Shown here: piece after piece, positions 1 through 10,284 of the stretch
How the letters are laid out: every line of letters begins with the position of its first letter
Position numbering within the stretch: the stretch's first letter is position 1
Notes under the pieces: model-generated
Told to the model about the DNA's origin: nothing
What the model saw: the letters and a program-made list of their open reading frames with translations, nothing else
The model's database searches: none
DNA from: Planctomycetota bacterium
GTDB taxonomy: Bacteria > Planctomycetota > PLA2 > JAEUHO01
NCBI GenBank assembly: GCA_965223505.1
Contig: CBDCWP010000033.1
Location: 1-64,000, forward strand
Direction of reading: 5' to 3'
DNA: 64,000 bases
Program-made: the position numbers and the translations under genes

Positions 1-484
1 AAGATCAATGGATACGAGATCGCCGTGACGGAGGCGTACGAGGGCGGCTGGATCTTCCGCTGCGATCCGGTGCAGGCGGCCATGCTGTTCGCGTCCATTG
101 TCTACGACCCGCGTCCATTCGATCAGTCGTCGCGACCGACGCGACACATGAAGGGCATCGCCGTGCCCTTCACGGCGCACATGCAGGCGTTTGCCGCGCT
201 GGAGGAATCGAAGGGGGCTACGCGACATCACGCGCGGACCGGACTTCGGGATCGCGGGGCCGGTGCAGCGCTGGGCCGAGGGTGCCGAATTCGACGAGAT
301 CCTCGACCACACGACGCTGGCGGCCGGCGATCTCGTCCGCGTCCTGCGGATGAGCATTCAACTCCTGCGGCAAACGGCACATTCGCTGCCCAAGTCCGAT
401 CCATGCGTCTCCGTGCTCCACGAGGCGCGCAACCGCATCGACCGCGACGTCGTCGATGCGAAGCGTCAGCTGGAGCTCGGGTAG
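1..484 (+). CDS. C-terminal part of Ski2/HelY-like DEAD/DEAH helicase (DSHCT region), 5'-truncated by window edge, with apparent frameshift at ~213-217
   Basis: Frame 1 (KINGYEIAVTE...AALEESKG) continues in frame 2 (LRDITRGPDFG...VQRWAEGAEFDEILDHTTLAAGDLVRVLR...RDVV), which resembles the DSHCT motif; the junction is a G5 run. Confidence 0.7.
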
Positions 485-550
485 GCCTCGGCGGAAATTG
501 ACCTCGTTGCCGGGGATGCCCGCACCACCGCCCGCCCATAGAATGACGCC

Positions 551-2620
551 ATGTCAAGCCGTCGACGCAAACGCAGGCCGGTGCCGCGCAAGGCGCCCGC
601 CAAACCCGCCCAAAGCCCTGCGAGACCTGCCGCCGCCAAGCCGGCGTCCGCCAAGCCGGCAAGGCCCGCAACGCCCAAGAAGGGCGCGCTCTCCCATGAG
701 CACCAGCGCGAGACGCGCGATCCGCTCATCGGTCAGCGGGTCGGGCGATGCACGATCCTGGAGCGGATCGGCATGGGGCGTACGGCCATCGTCTACAAGG
801 CGCACTACGAAGCCCTCGACGACGTGGTCGCGGTCAAGATCCTGACCAAGGAAGCGAGCGCGCTCGACGAGCTGGTCGAGCGCTTCGTCACCGAGGCGCG
901 GGTCATCGCGCAGTTGGACAACGAGAACATCGTCAAGATCTACGACGTCGGCTCGGACGGCGACAGGCACTTCATCGTGATGGAGCTGCTCGACGGTGAA
1001 GAGGCCATCGAGATCATCTCGCGCGACGAAGAGGTCGACCCGATGGACGCGCTGCGGGTCATCCGCCAAGGCGCGAACGGCTTGGCCGCCGCCCACGCCA
1101 AGGGCATCGTCCACCGCGACGTCAAACCGCAGAACCTGCTGCTGCTCGCGGACGGCACGGTGAAGGTGCTCGACTTCGGTCTCGCGGCGCGCTTCGAGGA
1201 GAGCAGCAAGCGCGTCGGAACGCCGCACTACATGGCGCCCGAGGTGTGCGAGTCCGGCAAGGCGGAGCTCGGCAGCGACATCTACGCACTCGGCATCCTG
1301 CTCTACCACCTGCTCGTAGGCGAACCGCCGTACGCCGGGGAGAGCATCCGCAACATCCTCAAGCTGCACATCAAGGGCGCGCCGCTCTATCCGGAGCACA
1401 AGCGGCCGGGGCTGCCGAAGGAGATCTGCGAGCTCGTTCGCTCGCTGACGAAGACCGATCCGCTCACGCGGCCGAGCGCCGCGGATCTGGTCGAGATGCT
1501 CGACAACATCGGCGGCGAGGAGCTGCAGCAGAAGGACACGCTGAAGCGCCGCCGCAAGCGCGCGAAGCGCGTCGCGACGGCGCGCGCGCGCCGCTCCGCC
1601 GCGCCGCTGATCGTGGGCGCCGTCGTCGTCGCCGGCGCCGTCACCGCCGTTCTCCTGACGATGAGCACGGGGAACGACGAGCCGAGCGAGCCGACCGAAG
1701 GATCCACGCCCACGCCGGTCGCCGTCGTGGACCCGGAGCCCGAGGTCGTCCCGCCGGTCGTGGACAAACCCAATCCGCCGCTCCCGAAGGTCGAGACCGA
1801 AGGGGAGCGGATCGTGCGCGAACGCATGGAGCGCGAGGAAGAAAAGAAGAAGGAGCAGCGCAAGAAGGAACGCGAGGGACGCGAGGCGTTCGAACGCGCG
1901 CAGGACTGGGTGCGCAAGCACTGGCACGGCAAGGCCGACACACCGGCCGTGATCGACAAGTACAACAGCGTTCGGGCCCGGTTCAAGGGCACGGACATCG
2001 CGACGAAGATTCGCGACCTCGTACGCGACATCAAGGCCAACAAGGTGCACCCGCACCCGGATCGCTCCTACAGCGACGAGGCGTCCGTTGCGGACACGCG
2101 TCGCGAGTGGGCAGCGGCGAGGCCGCTGATCGAGAGGAAGATCGCGCAGCACGCCTACACCGAGGCGGCGGGCATGGTGCCCGACGTGGTCAACGATGCC
2201 GACGGAGAGCTCGCGACGGCGCTCAGGTTCTGGCACGAGTTCATGCGGGACCTGAAGGAGTTCCAGCTCGGCCTGGCGAAGGCGGTGCAGAAGCTCGAGG
2301 GAGACGATCGCAAGATCGTTACGCCGAAGGGCGAGGGCGAGGTCCGCCTGATGGACACCGTCAAGTTCACCGTCCGCGTCGACGGGGCGAATCAGGAGTT
2401 CAGCTGGGCCGAGCTCGACGCGAAGCAGATCTACAAGCTGGCGCGGCGCGCCTACAAGGGCAAGGGCACTCGCTACTTCGTTCACGAGATGGCGTTCGCG
2501 TTCGCGCACAAGCTGGAGGACGAGTTCTGGAACCTCGTGCTCGACATCGAGAGCGCGAGCGACGGAGACCGGTTCAAGGACCGTGTCACCAAGTACCAGG
2601 ACCGCTACGACAACCGCTGA
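551..2620 (+). CDS. Membrane-anchored Ser/Thr protein kinase
   Basis: IGMG, VAVK, HRDVKPQN, DFG and APE motifs; TM segment near aa 353-370; Pro-rich linker and C-terminal extension. Confidence 0.92.
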   Translation: MSSRRRKRRPVPRKAPAKPAQSPARPAAAKPASAKPARPATPKKGALSHEHQRETRDPLIGQRVGRCTILERIGMGRTAIVYKAHYEALDDVVAVKILTKEASALDELVERFVTEARVIAQLDNENIVKIYDVGSDGDRHFIVMELLDGEEAIEIISRDEEVDPMDALRVIRQGANGLAAAHAKGIVHRDVKPQNLLLLADGTVKVLDFGLAARFEESSKRVGTPHYMAPEVCESGKAELGSDIYALGILLYHLLVGEPPYAGESIRNILKLHIKGAPLYPEHKRPGLPKEICELVRSLTKTDPLTRPSAADLVEMLDNIGGEELQQKDTLKRRRKRAKRVATARARRSAAPLIVGAVVVAGAVTAVLLTMSTGNDEPSEPTEGSTPTPVAVVDPEPEVVPPVVDKPNPPLPKVETEGERIVRERMEREEEKKKEQRKKEREGREAFERAQDWVRKHWHGKADTPAVIDKYNSVRARFKGTDIATKIRDLVRDIKANKVHPHPDRSYSDEASVADTRREWAAARPLIERKIAQHAYTEAAGMVPDVVNDADGELATALRFWHEFMRDLKEFQLGLAKAVQKLEGDDRKIVTPKGEGEVRLMDTVKFTVRVDGANQEFSWAELDAKQIYKLARRAYKGKGTRYFVHEMAFAFAHKLEDEFWNLVLDIESASDGDRFKDRVTKYQDRYDNR

Positions 2621-2627
2621 GCGTCAC

Positions 2628-2999
2628 CTAGGGCGCATAGCCGATCGCGGCCGAGACGATCGTCGCGACGTAGAGCGGGAACAGCAGCAGGTAGAGCCGG
2701 TGGTGAATCCGCCATCGGCGCGCGCCGGACACCGCGGTCAGGACCATGACGAACGTGGCGGCGAGGGCCATGCGGCGGTGCCAGAGCACGACGACCGGGA
2801 AGCGCTCACTGGGACGGTAGCCGAACAGATACGTGATCAGCACGACCACGACGATGCCGCCGAACGCCACGGCGACGCCGGTGATCGCCCAGCGCTTGTG
2901 GCGCGGTGTGTTCTTCCGCACCCGGAACGCCTGCACGAAGCAGACGAGGGCGAACGTCATCACGGCGCCGTAGCCGTAGTAGAGAATCGTGGGGATCAC
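2628..2999 (-). CDS. Small membrane protein (DUF420-like)
   Basis: Four hydrophobic segments with HKRW, WHRR and HHR histidine motifs. Confidence 0.6.
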   Translation of the reverse strand: MIPTILYYGYGAVMTFALVCFVQAFRVRKNTPRHKRWAITGVAVAFGGIVVVVLITYLFGYRPSERFPVVVLWHRRMALAATFVMVLTAVSGARRWRIHHRLYLLLFPLYVATIVSAAIGYAP

Positions 3000-3128
3000 G
3001 CAGCGGAGGCTACACCCCCGGACCGCGAGGCCGTCGGGTTGTCGGGGACGCTCGCCGGCTGTGGGAGGCGCGCGGATGGCGGGGCAGGCCGCGCCACGCG
3101 TCGGCCCGAATCGAGAACGTTGCCAAAG

Positions 3129-3156
3129 TTGACGCTCCTGCCGGCAGCCGTATCCT
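3129..3156 (+). promoter_or_regulatory. Putative sigma70 promoter of tRNA-Gly(GCC)
   Basis: TTGACG-N16-TATCCT, 11 nt upstream of the tRNA. Confidence 0.55.
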
Positions 3157-3167
3157 CCACGTCCCTC

Positions 3168-3242
3168 GCGGCCGTAGCTCAGTGGTAGAGCTCAACCTTG
3201 CCAAGGTTGATGTCGTCGGTTCGAATCCGATCGGCCGCTCCA
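3168..3242 (+). tRNA. tRNA-Gly (GCC)
   Basis: Acceptor stem GCGGCCG/CGGCCGC, D-arm TAGCTCAGTGGTAGAGC, anticodon loop TTGCCAA, T-loop TTCGAAT, encoded CCA. Confidence 0.97.
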
Positions 3243-3250
3243 AGTCACGC

Positions 3251-3282
3251 GACGCCCCGCCCGGCAAGCCCGGCGGGGCGTC
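3251..3282 (+). terminator. GC-rich hairpin downstream of tRNA (possible terminator)
   Basis: GACGCCCCGCC...GGCGGGGCGTC inverted repeat with only a weak T tract. Confidence 0.5.
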
Positions 3283-3313
3283 GTCGTTTCCACCGAGTTG
3301 CCCGGAGCGCACG

Positions 3314-3646
3314 ATGGCGAAGGCGCCGAAAAAGAAAGCGAAGCGGCCCGCGTACTACGTCAAGGAGAGCCCCGTTCACGGCAAGGGGCTCTTCGCAGCC
3401 CGTGTGATCGGACGCGACAAACGGATCGGCTTCTTCGAAGCGAAACGAACGCGTACGGACGGCACGCACGTGCTTTGGATCATCGAAGAAGACGGCACGG
3501 AAACCGGCTGGCGCGGCACGAACGAGCTGCGCTTCATGAACCACTCCAAGCGGCCGAATGCGGACCTCTACGGGCGCGAACTGTGGTCGCTGCGGCGCAT
3601 CGAGAAGGACGAGGAGATCTTCATCGACTACGGCTGGGACATGTAG
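3314..3646 (+). CDS. SET domain protein (putative lysine methyltransferase)
   Basis: SPVHGKGLFA, RFMNHS..PN and EEIFIDYG are the canonical SET motifs. Confidence 0.88.
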   Translation: MAKAPKKKAKRPAYYVKESPVHGKGLFAARVIGRDKRIGFFEAKRTRTDGTHVLWIIEEDGTETGWRGTNELRFMNHSKRPNADLYGRELWSLRRIEKDEEIFIDYGWDM

Positions 3647-3698
3647 CCGCCTACGCCGCGGCCTCGTCGATGCGCCGCGTCGCCTGCTCGACCATCTC

Positions 3699-3772
3699 GA
3701 CCTCCCCCGACTCGGTGAACTTCACCCCGGATCGCCCTCGACGTGGATGGGTACGCCGGCGTCCATCGCGCA
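3699..3772 (-). pseudogene. Short remnant of a hybrid histidine kinase HATPase region
   Basis: MDAGVPIHVEGDPG in one frame abuts VKFTESGEV in another; the usual RLRQxLxNLxxNA segment between them is missing. Confidence 0.4.
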
Positions 3773-3928
3773 CAGACGCTCCGGTCCCTAGCTCGTCGAG
3801 GGGTGCGCGGGCCCGATCCGTTCCGGCAGCCCGCGCGTCGGAGACACCATCGACATCGAGGCGATAGGGCGTGCGGGCCGCGACAGCCGTGACAACCGTT
3901 CGGTACCAGTCGCGGCAGACCGCCGCGT

Positions 3929-4339
3929 TCATCCGACGTAGGTGATGACGTAGGCCCAATTCAGCAGGAAGGCGGCGATCAGCACGACCCAGACGATGCG
4001 TCGCTGCAAGGTGGAGAATCCCCAGTCGATGCGCTTGCCGGCGATGAAGCGCAACGCGACGACCACCGTCAGGAACAAGAGGGTCACGAACAGCAACGGG
4101 TTGAACAGGAACGCGCCGAGGACGTCGCCGTCCGCGAGGCGCAGCGCGGCGCGCGTCCCGCCGCAGGTGGGGCACGGCGTCCCGGTGAGCCGCTTGAAGC
4201 TGCAGAGCGGCGCCGCATTGCCGTCCGTCTCCATGATGAGCACGGCGTAAGCGACGAGACCGCACCACAAGGCGAGCATGAAGATCGGACCGCGCTGCAG
4301 CCATCGGCTGCGCGGCGCGTCGACGAGTCGAATGTCCAA
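3929..4339 (-). CDS. DUF2752 family membrane protein
   Basis: C-x-F-K-x-LTG-x-PCPTCGGTRA and FNPL motifs. Confidence 0.85.
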   Translation of the reverse strand: MDIRLVDAPRSRWLQRGPIFMLALWCGLVAYAVLIMETDGNAAPLCSFKRLTGTPCPTCGGTRAALRLADGDVLGAFLFNPLLFVTLLFLTVVVALRFIAGKRIDWGFSTLQRRIVWVVLIAAFLLNWAYVITYVG

Positions 4340-4346
4340 CGCCGCC

Positions 4347-4913
4347 CTAGAAGTCGTAGCCGCGCCCGAAGCCGCCGACGAGGTTGGCGAGCCAGCCGAG
4401 GACGCCGAGCACGACGCCGACGATGCCGCAGATCATGCCGGCCTGGGTGGTGCCTTCCCCGGAGCGGTCCATGGACCCGGAGCGCATCTGACCCAGGTCA
4501 CCGCTCCCCATGACCCACGCGATGATGCCGAAGACGAAGCAGCCTGCGCACACGATGCCGAGAATGCCCATCGTCAGCACGGTGCCGCCGCGATGCGGGC
4601 GAAGCCGCGGACGCCGCCGTCCGCCACGCCGGCCGCTCGAGGGACGGGGCGTCGCGCCCGCCGGGGTGGGCGGCGCGGGCGTGTGCCCCTGGGCGTCGGC
4701 GTAGCCGGCGAGCGGCGCGCTGCCGGCCGCGCCGGCCGGGAACAGATCCGGAACCTGGTGGCCCTGCACCCACGCGCCGCCCTCGAGCGAGAACATCATG
4801 TCGGCGCGGACCTTGCCCTGTTGGATCAGCTCCAAGACGCGGGTGCGCGTAAACGGACCCTGCACGTTCTCCCCTTGGGCGATGAAGTAGCGCGGTTCGG
4901 GGGGTTGGGACAT
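4347..4913 (-). CDS. GYF_2 (DUF4339) plus DUF4190-like membrane protein
   Basis: N-terminal YFIAQG..QGPF...W; C-terminal PHRGGTVLTMGILG...AGMICGIVG. Confidence 0.8.
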   Translation of the reverse strand: MSQPPEPRYFIAQGENVQGPFTRTRVLELIQQGKVRADMMFSLEGGAWVQGHQVPDLFPAGAAGSAPLAGYADAQGHTPAPPTPAGATPRPSSGRRGGRRRPRLRPHRGGTVLTMGILGIVCAGCFVFGIIAWVMGSGDLGQMRSGSMDRSGEGTTQAGMICGIVGVVLGVLGWLANLVGGFGRGYDF

Positions 4914-5110
4914 TCGACCTCCACAGGGGAGGTAGCACGCCGCCGTGCGCACGGCTGGACGAAATGCCCCGCCGGCCTCCCCCAGTCCATCGGCCGGGGA
5001 ACGGCACCTTATCCGTCGATTCCGGGCGCATCAAGGGACCTGGTTGGTCGTGCCTTGATCGTCGGTTGAATCACCCTTCCAATGCGCCTTCCACCGGGGA
5101 GCTCGACGGC

Positions 5111-7561
5111 ATGACCGACTCAGAATCCGCGCCGGGCTTCACGCTGGACCCCATCCCGACGGCCAAGCTGCGCTGGCGGTGTGACGAGTCCGCCTTCACG
5201 TTCGAGACGACGGCGGACGTGGAGCCCATCTCGGGTGTGATCGGCCAGGACACCGCCGTCGACGCGCTCACCTTCGGCCTCGAGGTCGACGCACCGGGAC
5301 AGAACATTTTCGTCCGCGGTCTCACCGGCACGGGCCGGTCGACCCTGTTGCGCCGGCTGTTGGAGACCATGAAGCCCGAGTGCCCGTCGGCGCCGGACCG
5401 CTGCTACGTCCACAACTTCCACAAGCCCGACCGTCCCAACCTCATCACGGTCCCGCGCGGCGAAGGGGAGCCGCTGCGCACCGGCATGGACGAGTTCATC
5501 GAGTTCATCCGCACGGACCTCGGCGAGGCGCTCACGTCCGACGTCGTCAAGGCGCGCGTCTCCGTGATCGAAGGGCGCGCGAAGGGCGAGATCACGAAGG
5601 TGACCGAACCGTTCGACGAAGAGCTGCGCGCGGCGGGGCTGACGCTGGTCCTCGCGCAGTTCGGCCCGACGACGCGCCAGCTGATCGTCCCCCTGATCGA
5701 CGGCGAGCCGGCGACGCCGGAGCGAATGGAAGCGCTGCGCGCCGAAGGCAAGGTCTCGGACGAAGACCTCAAGGCGATGCGCACGAAGATCGAGGAATTC
5801 AGCCAACGTCTCGAGGAGGTCGGAGAGAGAGCGCAGTCGATCCAGGCCAAGAGCCAGGAAGAGCGCCGCACGCTCATCCAGGACGAGGCGCGGACGATTC
5901 TCCACAGCGCGGCGAAGGAGCTGCTCGGCAACGTCCTCAAAAGCGAGGTCGTGGCATTCATCGGCGACGTCGTCGAGGACGTCGTCACCCGCGGACTCGC
6001 GCACCTCGGGGAGTCCGAGGCGTTCACCGAGCGTTACCGGGTGAACTTGATCGAGTACCACGAGCCCGGCGAGACGTGTCCGACCATCGTCGAGAACGCG
6101 CCGTCCGTGCAGGCGCTGCTGGGCACGATCGACCGCAGCATCTCGCCGGACGAGGTCGCGCAGGCGCCGCACATGTTGATCCACGCCGGCTCGCTCCTGC
6201 GCGCCGACGGCGGGTACCTCATCCTGGAGGCGCGCGATCTGCTGTCGGAGCCGGGCGCGTGGAAGGCGCTCATTCGCACGCTTCGAAGCGGCAAGGTCGA
6301 GATGGTCGCGCCCGACGGGCCGGTCACCTGGCGCGTACCGCCGATCAAGCCCGAGCCCATCCCCGTCAACGTGAAGGTGATCCTGATCGGCGACGCGCAG
6401 CTCTACTACATCCTCGACGCGATGGACGCCGACTTCCCCTTCCTCTTCAAGGTGTTGGCGGACTTCGAGGACGTGATCCCGCGCGACGACAAGGGCCTGC
6501 AGTACTACGCCGGCGTGTTGGCGCGCGTCGCGAACGACGAGAAGATGCCGCCGCTGCACCGCAGCGCCGTCGCGGCGCTGTGCGAACACGGTGTGCGCAT
6601 CGCCGCGCACAACGGCAAGCTCACGTTGAAGTTCGGCCGGCTTGCGGACCTGGCGCGCGAGGCGGCGTTCCTGGCGCGCAAGGCGGGCGCCAAGGTCGTG
6701 ACCGGCGACGACGTGCGGCATGCCGTGCGGCGAACGAAGCGCCGGGCCAACCTCCCGTCGCGGCGTTTCCACGAGAACATCGCCTCGGGCACGCTGCGCA
6801 TCCAATGCACCGGGACGGCGGTCGGCCAGGTCAACGGTCTGGCCGTGATCCAGGCGGGGCCGCTGACCTACGGGTTCCCGACCCGCATCACCACGTCGAT
6901 CGGCCCCGGCAACGAGGGCACGATCAACGTCGAAGGCGAGTCGGCGCTCAGCGGCCGCATCCACACGAAGGGATTCCACATCCTGGGCGGCCTGCTGCGG
7001 CGTCTCCTCCGCACGGACCATCCGCTCACGTTCGCGGCGTCGATCGCGTTCGAACAGAGCTACGGCGGCATCGACGGCGACTCGGCGTCGGGCGCCGAGG
7101 TCTGCAGCCTGATCAGCGCGCTGACGGGTGTGCCTGCGCGGCAGGACCTCGCGATGACGGGCGCCATCGACCAGCACGGGCACATCCTTCCGATCGGCGG
7201 CGTGAACGAGAAGATCGAGGGGTTCTACGACGCCTGCCAGAGCTGCCACCCGACCGACACGCAAGGCGTGATCATCCCGAAGACCAACGTCGGCGATCTC
7301 ATGCTTCGCCCCGACGTCGTCGAGGCCTGCGAGCGGGGCACGTTCGCGGTCTACGCGGTCGACCGGATCCACGAGGCGCTCGGCTTGTTCATGAACACCG
7401 CGCCCGGTGAGCTGGACGAAGACGACACCTACCCCGACGGAACGCTGCTCGGGATGGCCGTCGACAGCGCACGGCACTTCTGGGAGATGGCCACACCCTC
7501 CATCAATCTCGAGATGCTGGAGCAGGGCGAAGAGGAACAGGCGGAAGAACCCGAAGCCTGA
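5111..7561 (+). CDS. Lon-like protease (LonC/LonB type, AAA_32 plus Lon_C)
   Basis: IGQ..A, GLTGTGRST, GQVNGL, FEQSYGGIDGDSAS (catalytic Ser) and IGGVNEKIEGF (catalytic Lys). Confidence 0.92.
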   Translation: MTDSESAPGFTLDPIPTAKLRWRCDESAFTFETTADVEPISGVIGQDTAVDALTFGLEVDAPGQNIFVRGLTGTGRSTLLRRLLETMKPECPSAPDRCYVHNFHKPDRPNLITVPRGEGEPLRTGMDEFIEFIRTDLGEALTSDVVKARVSVIEGRAKGEITKVTEPFDEELRAAGLTLVLAQFGPTTRQLIVPLIDGEPATPERMEALRAEGKVSDEDLKAMRTKIEEFSQRLEEVGERAQSIQAKSQEERRTLIQDEARTILHSAAKELLGNVLKSEVVAFIGDVVEDVVTRGLAHLGESEAFTERYRVNLIEYHEPGETCPTIVENAPSVQALLGTIDRSISPDEVAQAPHMLIHAGSLLRADGGYLILEARDLLSEPGAWKALIRTLRSGKVEMVAPDGPVTWRVPPIKPEPIPVNVKVILIGDAQLYYILDAMDADFPFLFKVLADFEDVIPRDDKGLQYYAGVLARVANDEKMPPLHRSAVAALCEHGVRIAAHNGKLTLKFGRLADLAREAAFLARKAGAKVVTGDDVRHAVRRTKRRANLPSRRFHENIASGTLRIQCTGTAVGQVNGLAVIQAGPLTYGFPTRITTSIGPGNEGTINVEGESALSGRIHTKGFHILGGLLRRLLRTDHPLTFAASIAFEQSYGGIDGDSASGAEVCSLISALTGVPARQDLAMTGAIDQHGHILPIGGVNEKIEGFYDACQSCHPTDTQGVIIPKTNVGDLMLRPDVVEACERGTFAVYAVDRIHEALGLFMNTAPGELDEDDTYPDGTLLGMAVDSARHFWEMATPSINLEMLEQGEEEQAEEPEA

Positions 7562-7575
7562 CGTAGTCTGCGCCG

Positions 7576-8367
7576 GTGAACTGGGCCGAGATCATCGCGC
7601 TGGCGGCGCTGCAAGGCGCGACCGAGTTCCTCCCGATCAGCTCGTCGGGACACCTCGTGCTCGCGGGCTCGCTGCTGGAGTCGACCCTCTCCGCCGAGGC
7701 CACGGCGGCCTTCATCGTGCTGTTGCACAGCGCCTCCATCTGCGCCGTGCTCGTCTGGTTCGCGAAGGACATCGTCGCGCTGTTCCGGCGGCCCGATCGC
7801 ATGCGGGCGCTCGGGGCGATCGGGCTCGCTTCGACTCCCGCGATCGTCGCCGCCGGCGCGTTGAAGCTCTGCGGGTGCGAGGCGTTCCTCGAGCAGCTGT
7901 GGATCGCGGGGATCGCCTGGATCGCCACCGCCGTGCTGTTGTTCACGACGCGCGCGAAGCGAACGCGCACCTGGGGCCTGGACGAGGAGGGCGCCCTTCC
8001 GTTTGGGCCCGTGCTCTGGATCGGCATGGCCCAAGCGGTCGCCATCGTCCCCGGGGTCAGCCGCTCCGGCGCGACGATCGCCGTGGCGCTGCTGCTGGGC
8101 ATGCGTAGGCGGGACAGCTTCCGGTTCAGCTTCCTGCTTGCGATTCCGATCATCGTCGGCGCACAGATCGTCGAGTGGGGCGACACACCCTCGTTGCTCG
8201 GCTCGCTGGACACCGCCGCCCTCGCCGTCGGGTTCGTGGTCTGCTTCGCGGTCAGCCTGGGCTGCCTGGCGTGGCTGCAGCGCGTGGTGCTGCACAAGCG
8301 GCTGCACTGGTTCGCGCCGTATTGTTTGGTGATCGGTTGTGTCGCGCTCGCGCTGGGGCTGAGCTAG
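7576..8367 (+). CDS. uppP: Undecaprenyl-diphosphate phosphatase
   Basis: QGATEFLPISSSGHL and PGVSRSGATI motifs. Confidence 0.95.
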   Translation: MNWAEIIALAALQGATEFLPISSSGHLVLAGSLLESTLSAEATAAFIVLLHSASICAVLVWFAKDIVALFRRPDRMRALGAIGLASTPAIVAAGALKLCGCEAFLEQLWIAGIAWIATAVLLFTTRAKRTRTWGLDEEGALPFGPVLWIGMAQAVAIVPGVSRSGATIAVALLLGMRRRDSFRFSFLLAIPIIVGAQIVEWGDTPSLLGSLDTAALAVGFVVCFAVSLGCLAWLQRVVLHKRLHWFAPYCLVIGCVALALGLS

Positions 8368-8389
8368 CCGACTACAATCCGCGCCCATC

Positions 8390-9613
8390 ATGTTTGCGCG
8401 CGCTCTCCTCGGCCGTTGGACGCTTGGCATCGCCTTGCTCGCGTTGTCCGCCGGCGCGGCGTCCGCGCATCCGCACGCGGAGCCGCCGCCGGCGAGCCTC
8501 GCCGTCTATCTGACCGAAGGCGAGCTCGAGCTGTCGGTGCTCATTCGCAAGCGGATCGTGCTCGGGTGGCTGCTGCGCGACGACGACTTCCACAACACGG
8601 CGGAGAACATGCTCCCCCACGCGTCGAAGGCCATCATCGAACGCTGCACCGTCCTGATCGACGGAACGGAGATCGATCTCGACGCGAAGAGCTTCGAAGA
8701 GGTGCGCGACACGGAGTTCGCGTTGACGGTGCGCGCGTACCACGTGACCTTCAAGAACCCGCTCCCGAAACGACCGAAGAAGATCGTCTTGCGCTGGCTC
8801 GACTTCGCGGACATCCGTTGGGACGGCGAACAGGTCGTGCCGCTGATCGTCGACGCGGGTCGGCAACTGGACTCCTTTCAGCTGACGGCCGACGAGCCGG
8901 AATACGTTTGGCATCCGGAGTGGACGCCGGGAACCCGGGCGCCGGTCGCCCTGGTCGCCGGTGCGAGGCCGGCGCCGCCGGAGGACCACCGGCACTGGCT
9001 CTCGATCGCGTTGGTCGTCGTCCTGGGCATCGGGCTCGTCTGGCGGCCCCGCGCGCAGGGACCTCGGATCGCCGTCGCTGCAGCGGTGCTGTCGCTCGCC
9101 GTCCTTTGGTTCGCGATGGCGCCCGACAAGGGGCCTGCGTCGATCCTGCCGAGCGAGGCGCAGGCCGGACAGATCTTCGAGACGCTTCACGAGAACGTCT
9201 ACCGCGCCTTCGACGCGCAGTCCGACGACGAGATCTACGACCTGCTCGCCAAGAGCGTCGAGGCGCCGCTGCTCGATCCGCTCTTCGGCGACGTCAAGGA
9301 GAGCCTCGTCATGCGCGAGCAGGGCGGCGCGGTCTGCCGGGTCGAGCGCATCGAGCGGCTCGACCGCCGTGTCGAGCTGCCGTCCGAGTCGTGGGCGCGG
9401 CATTTCCGCGTCGACGCGAGCTGGCGCGTGTTCGGCTCCGTCGCGCACTACGGCCACGTCCACCGGCGCGTGAACCGCTACGCCGCCACGTTCGCCGTCC
9501 GGCACGACGGCGCCTCGTGGAAGATCGCCGACGTCGAGGTCACCGAGCACGACCGCGTCGACGATCCGGAGGCCGACGATGGAGAAGGAACGGACGAAGG
9601 AGACGACGACTGA
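8390..9613 (+). CDS. Exported/membrane protein of ABC transporter operon
   Basis: Signal peptide ending ASA-HPH, two TM segments, C-terminal HYGHVH; TGA overlaps the ATG of the ATPase. Confidence 0.7.
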   Translation: MFARALLGRWTLGIALLALSAGAASAHPHAEPPPASLAVYLTEGELELSVLIRKRIVLGWLLRDDDFHNTAENMLPHASKAIIERCTVLIDGTEIDLDAKSFEEVRDTEFALTVRAYHVTFKNPLPKRPKKIVLRWLDFADIRWDGEQVVPLIVDAGRQLDSFQLTADEPEYVWHPEWTPGTRAPVALVAGARPAPPEDHRHWLSIALVVVLGIGLVWRPRAQGPRIAVAAAVLSLAVLWFAMAPDKGPASILPSEAQAGQIFETLHENVYRAFDAQSDDEIYDLLAKSVEAPLLDPLFGDVKESLVMREQGGAVCRVERIERLDRRVELPSESWARHFRVDASWRVFGSVAHYGHVHRRVNRYAATFAVRHDGASWKIADVEVTEHDRVDDPEADDGEGTDEGDDD

Positions 9614-10284
9614 TGGCCGGCGCGATCCACCTCGCCGGCCTGCAGTACGCGTACGGCGACGCGTTCACGCTGACCATCGACCGGTTGGACGTCGAAGCCG
9701 GCCGCAGCGTCGCCTGCATCGGACCGAGCGGTTCCGGGAAGACGACGCTGCTCCACATCCTCGCCGGCATCCTCGTTCCGCCTGCCGGAACGCTCTCCAT
9801 CGACGAGTTCGACGTCACGAACGCATCCGACGCGGAACGCCGGGCGTTTCGGCTCACGTCGATCGGACTCGTCTTCCAGGAGTTCGAGCTGTTGGAGCAC
9901 TTGACCGTGCGTCAGAACATCCTTCTGCCGTACGCCCTGCATCCCCGCCTGCGCGGCGGCGAAGACGCGGCGGAACGTGCGGGCGACCTGGCGCAGACGC
10001 TCGAGATCGACGGCGTGCTCTCGAAACACCCGCACACCTGTTCCCACGGAGAGCGACAGCGCGTCGCTGTGGCGCGGGCCCTCGTCACGCAACCGGTGGT
10101 CGTGCTCGCTGACGAGCCGACCGGCAACCTCGACCCCCGCACGGCCGACAAGACGCTCGCGCTGATGCGCCGGGAAGCGAAGCGCCTGGGTGCGACCAGC
10201 ATCGTGGTCACCCACGACCACTCGCAGCTCGAGCGGTTCGACGAGATCGTCGATCTCGCGTCGCTTGCGGGAGCGAACGCCTGA
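9613..10284 (+). CDS. ABC transporter ATP-binding protein (LolD/MacB-like)
   Basis: GPSGSGKTT, SHGERQRVAVARA, ADEPTGNLD and VTHD. Confidence 0.93.
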   Translation: MAGAIHLAGLQYAYGDAFTLTIDRLDVEAGRSVACIGPSGSGKTTLLHILAGILVPPAGTLSIDEFDVTNASDAERRAFRLTSIGLVFQEFELLEHLTVRQNILLPYALHPRLRGGEDAAERAGDLAQTLEIDGVLSKHPHTCSHGERQRVAVARALVTQPVVVLADEPTGNLDPRTADKTLALMRREAKRLGATSIVVTHDHSQLERFDEIVDLASLAGANA

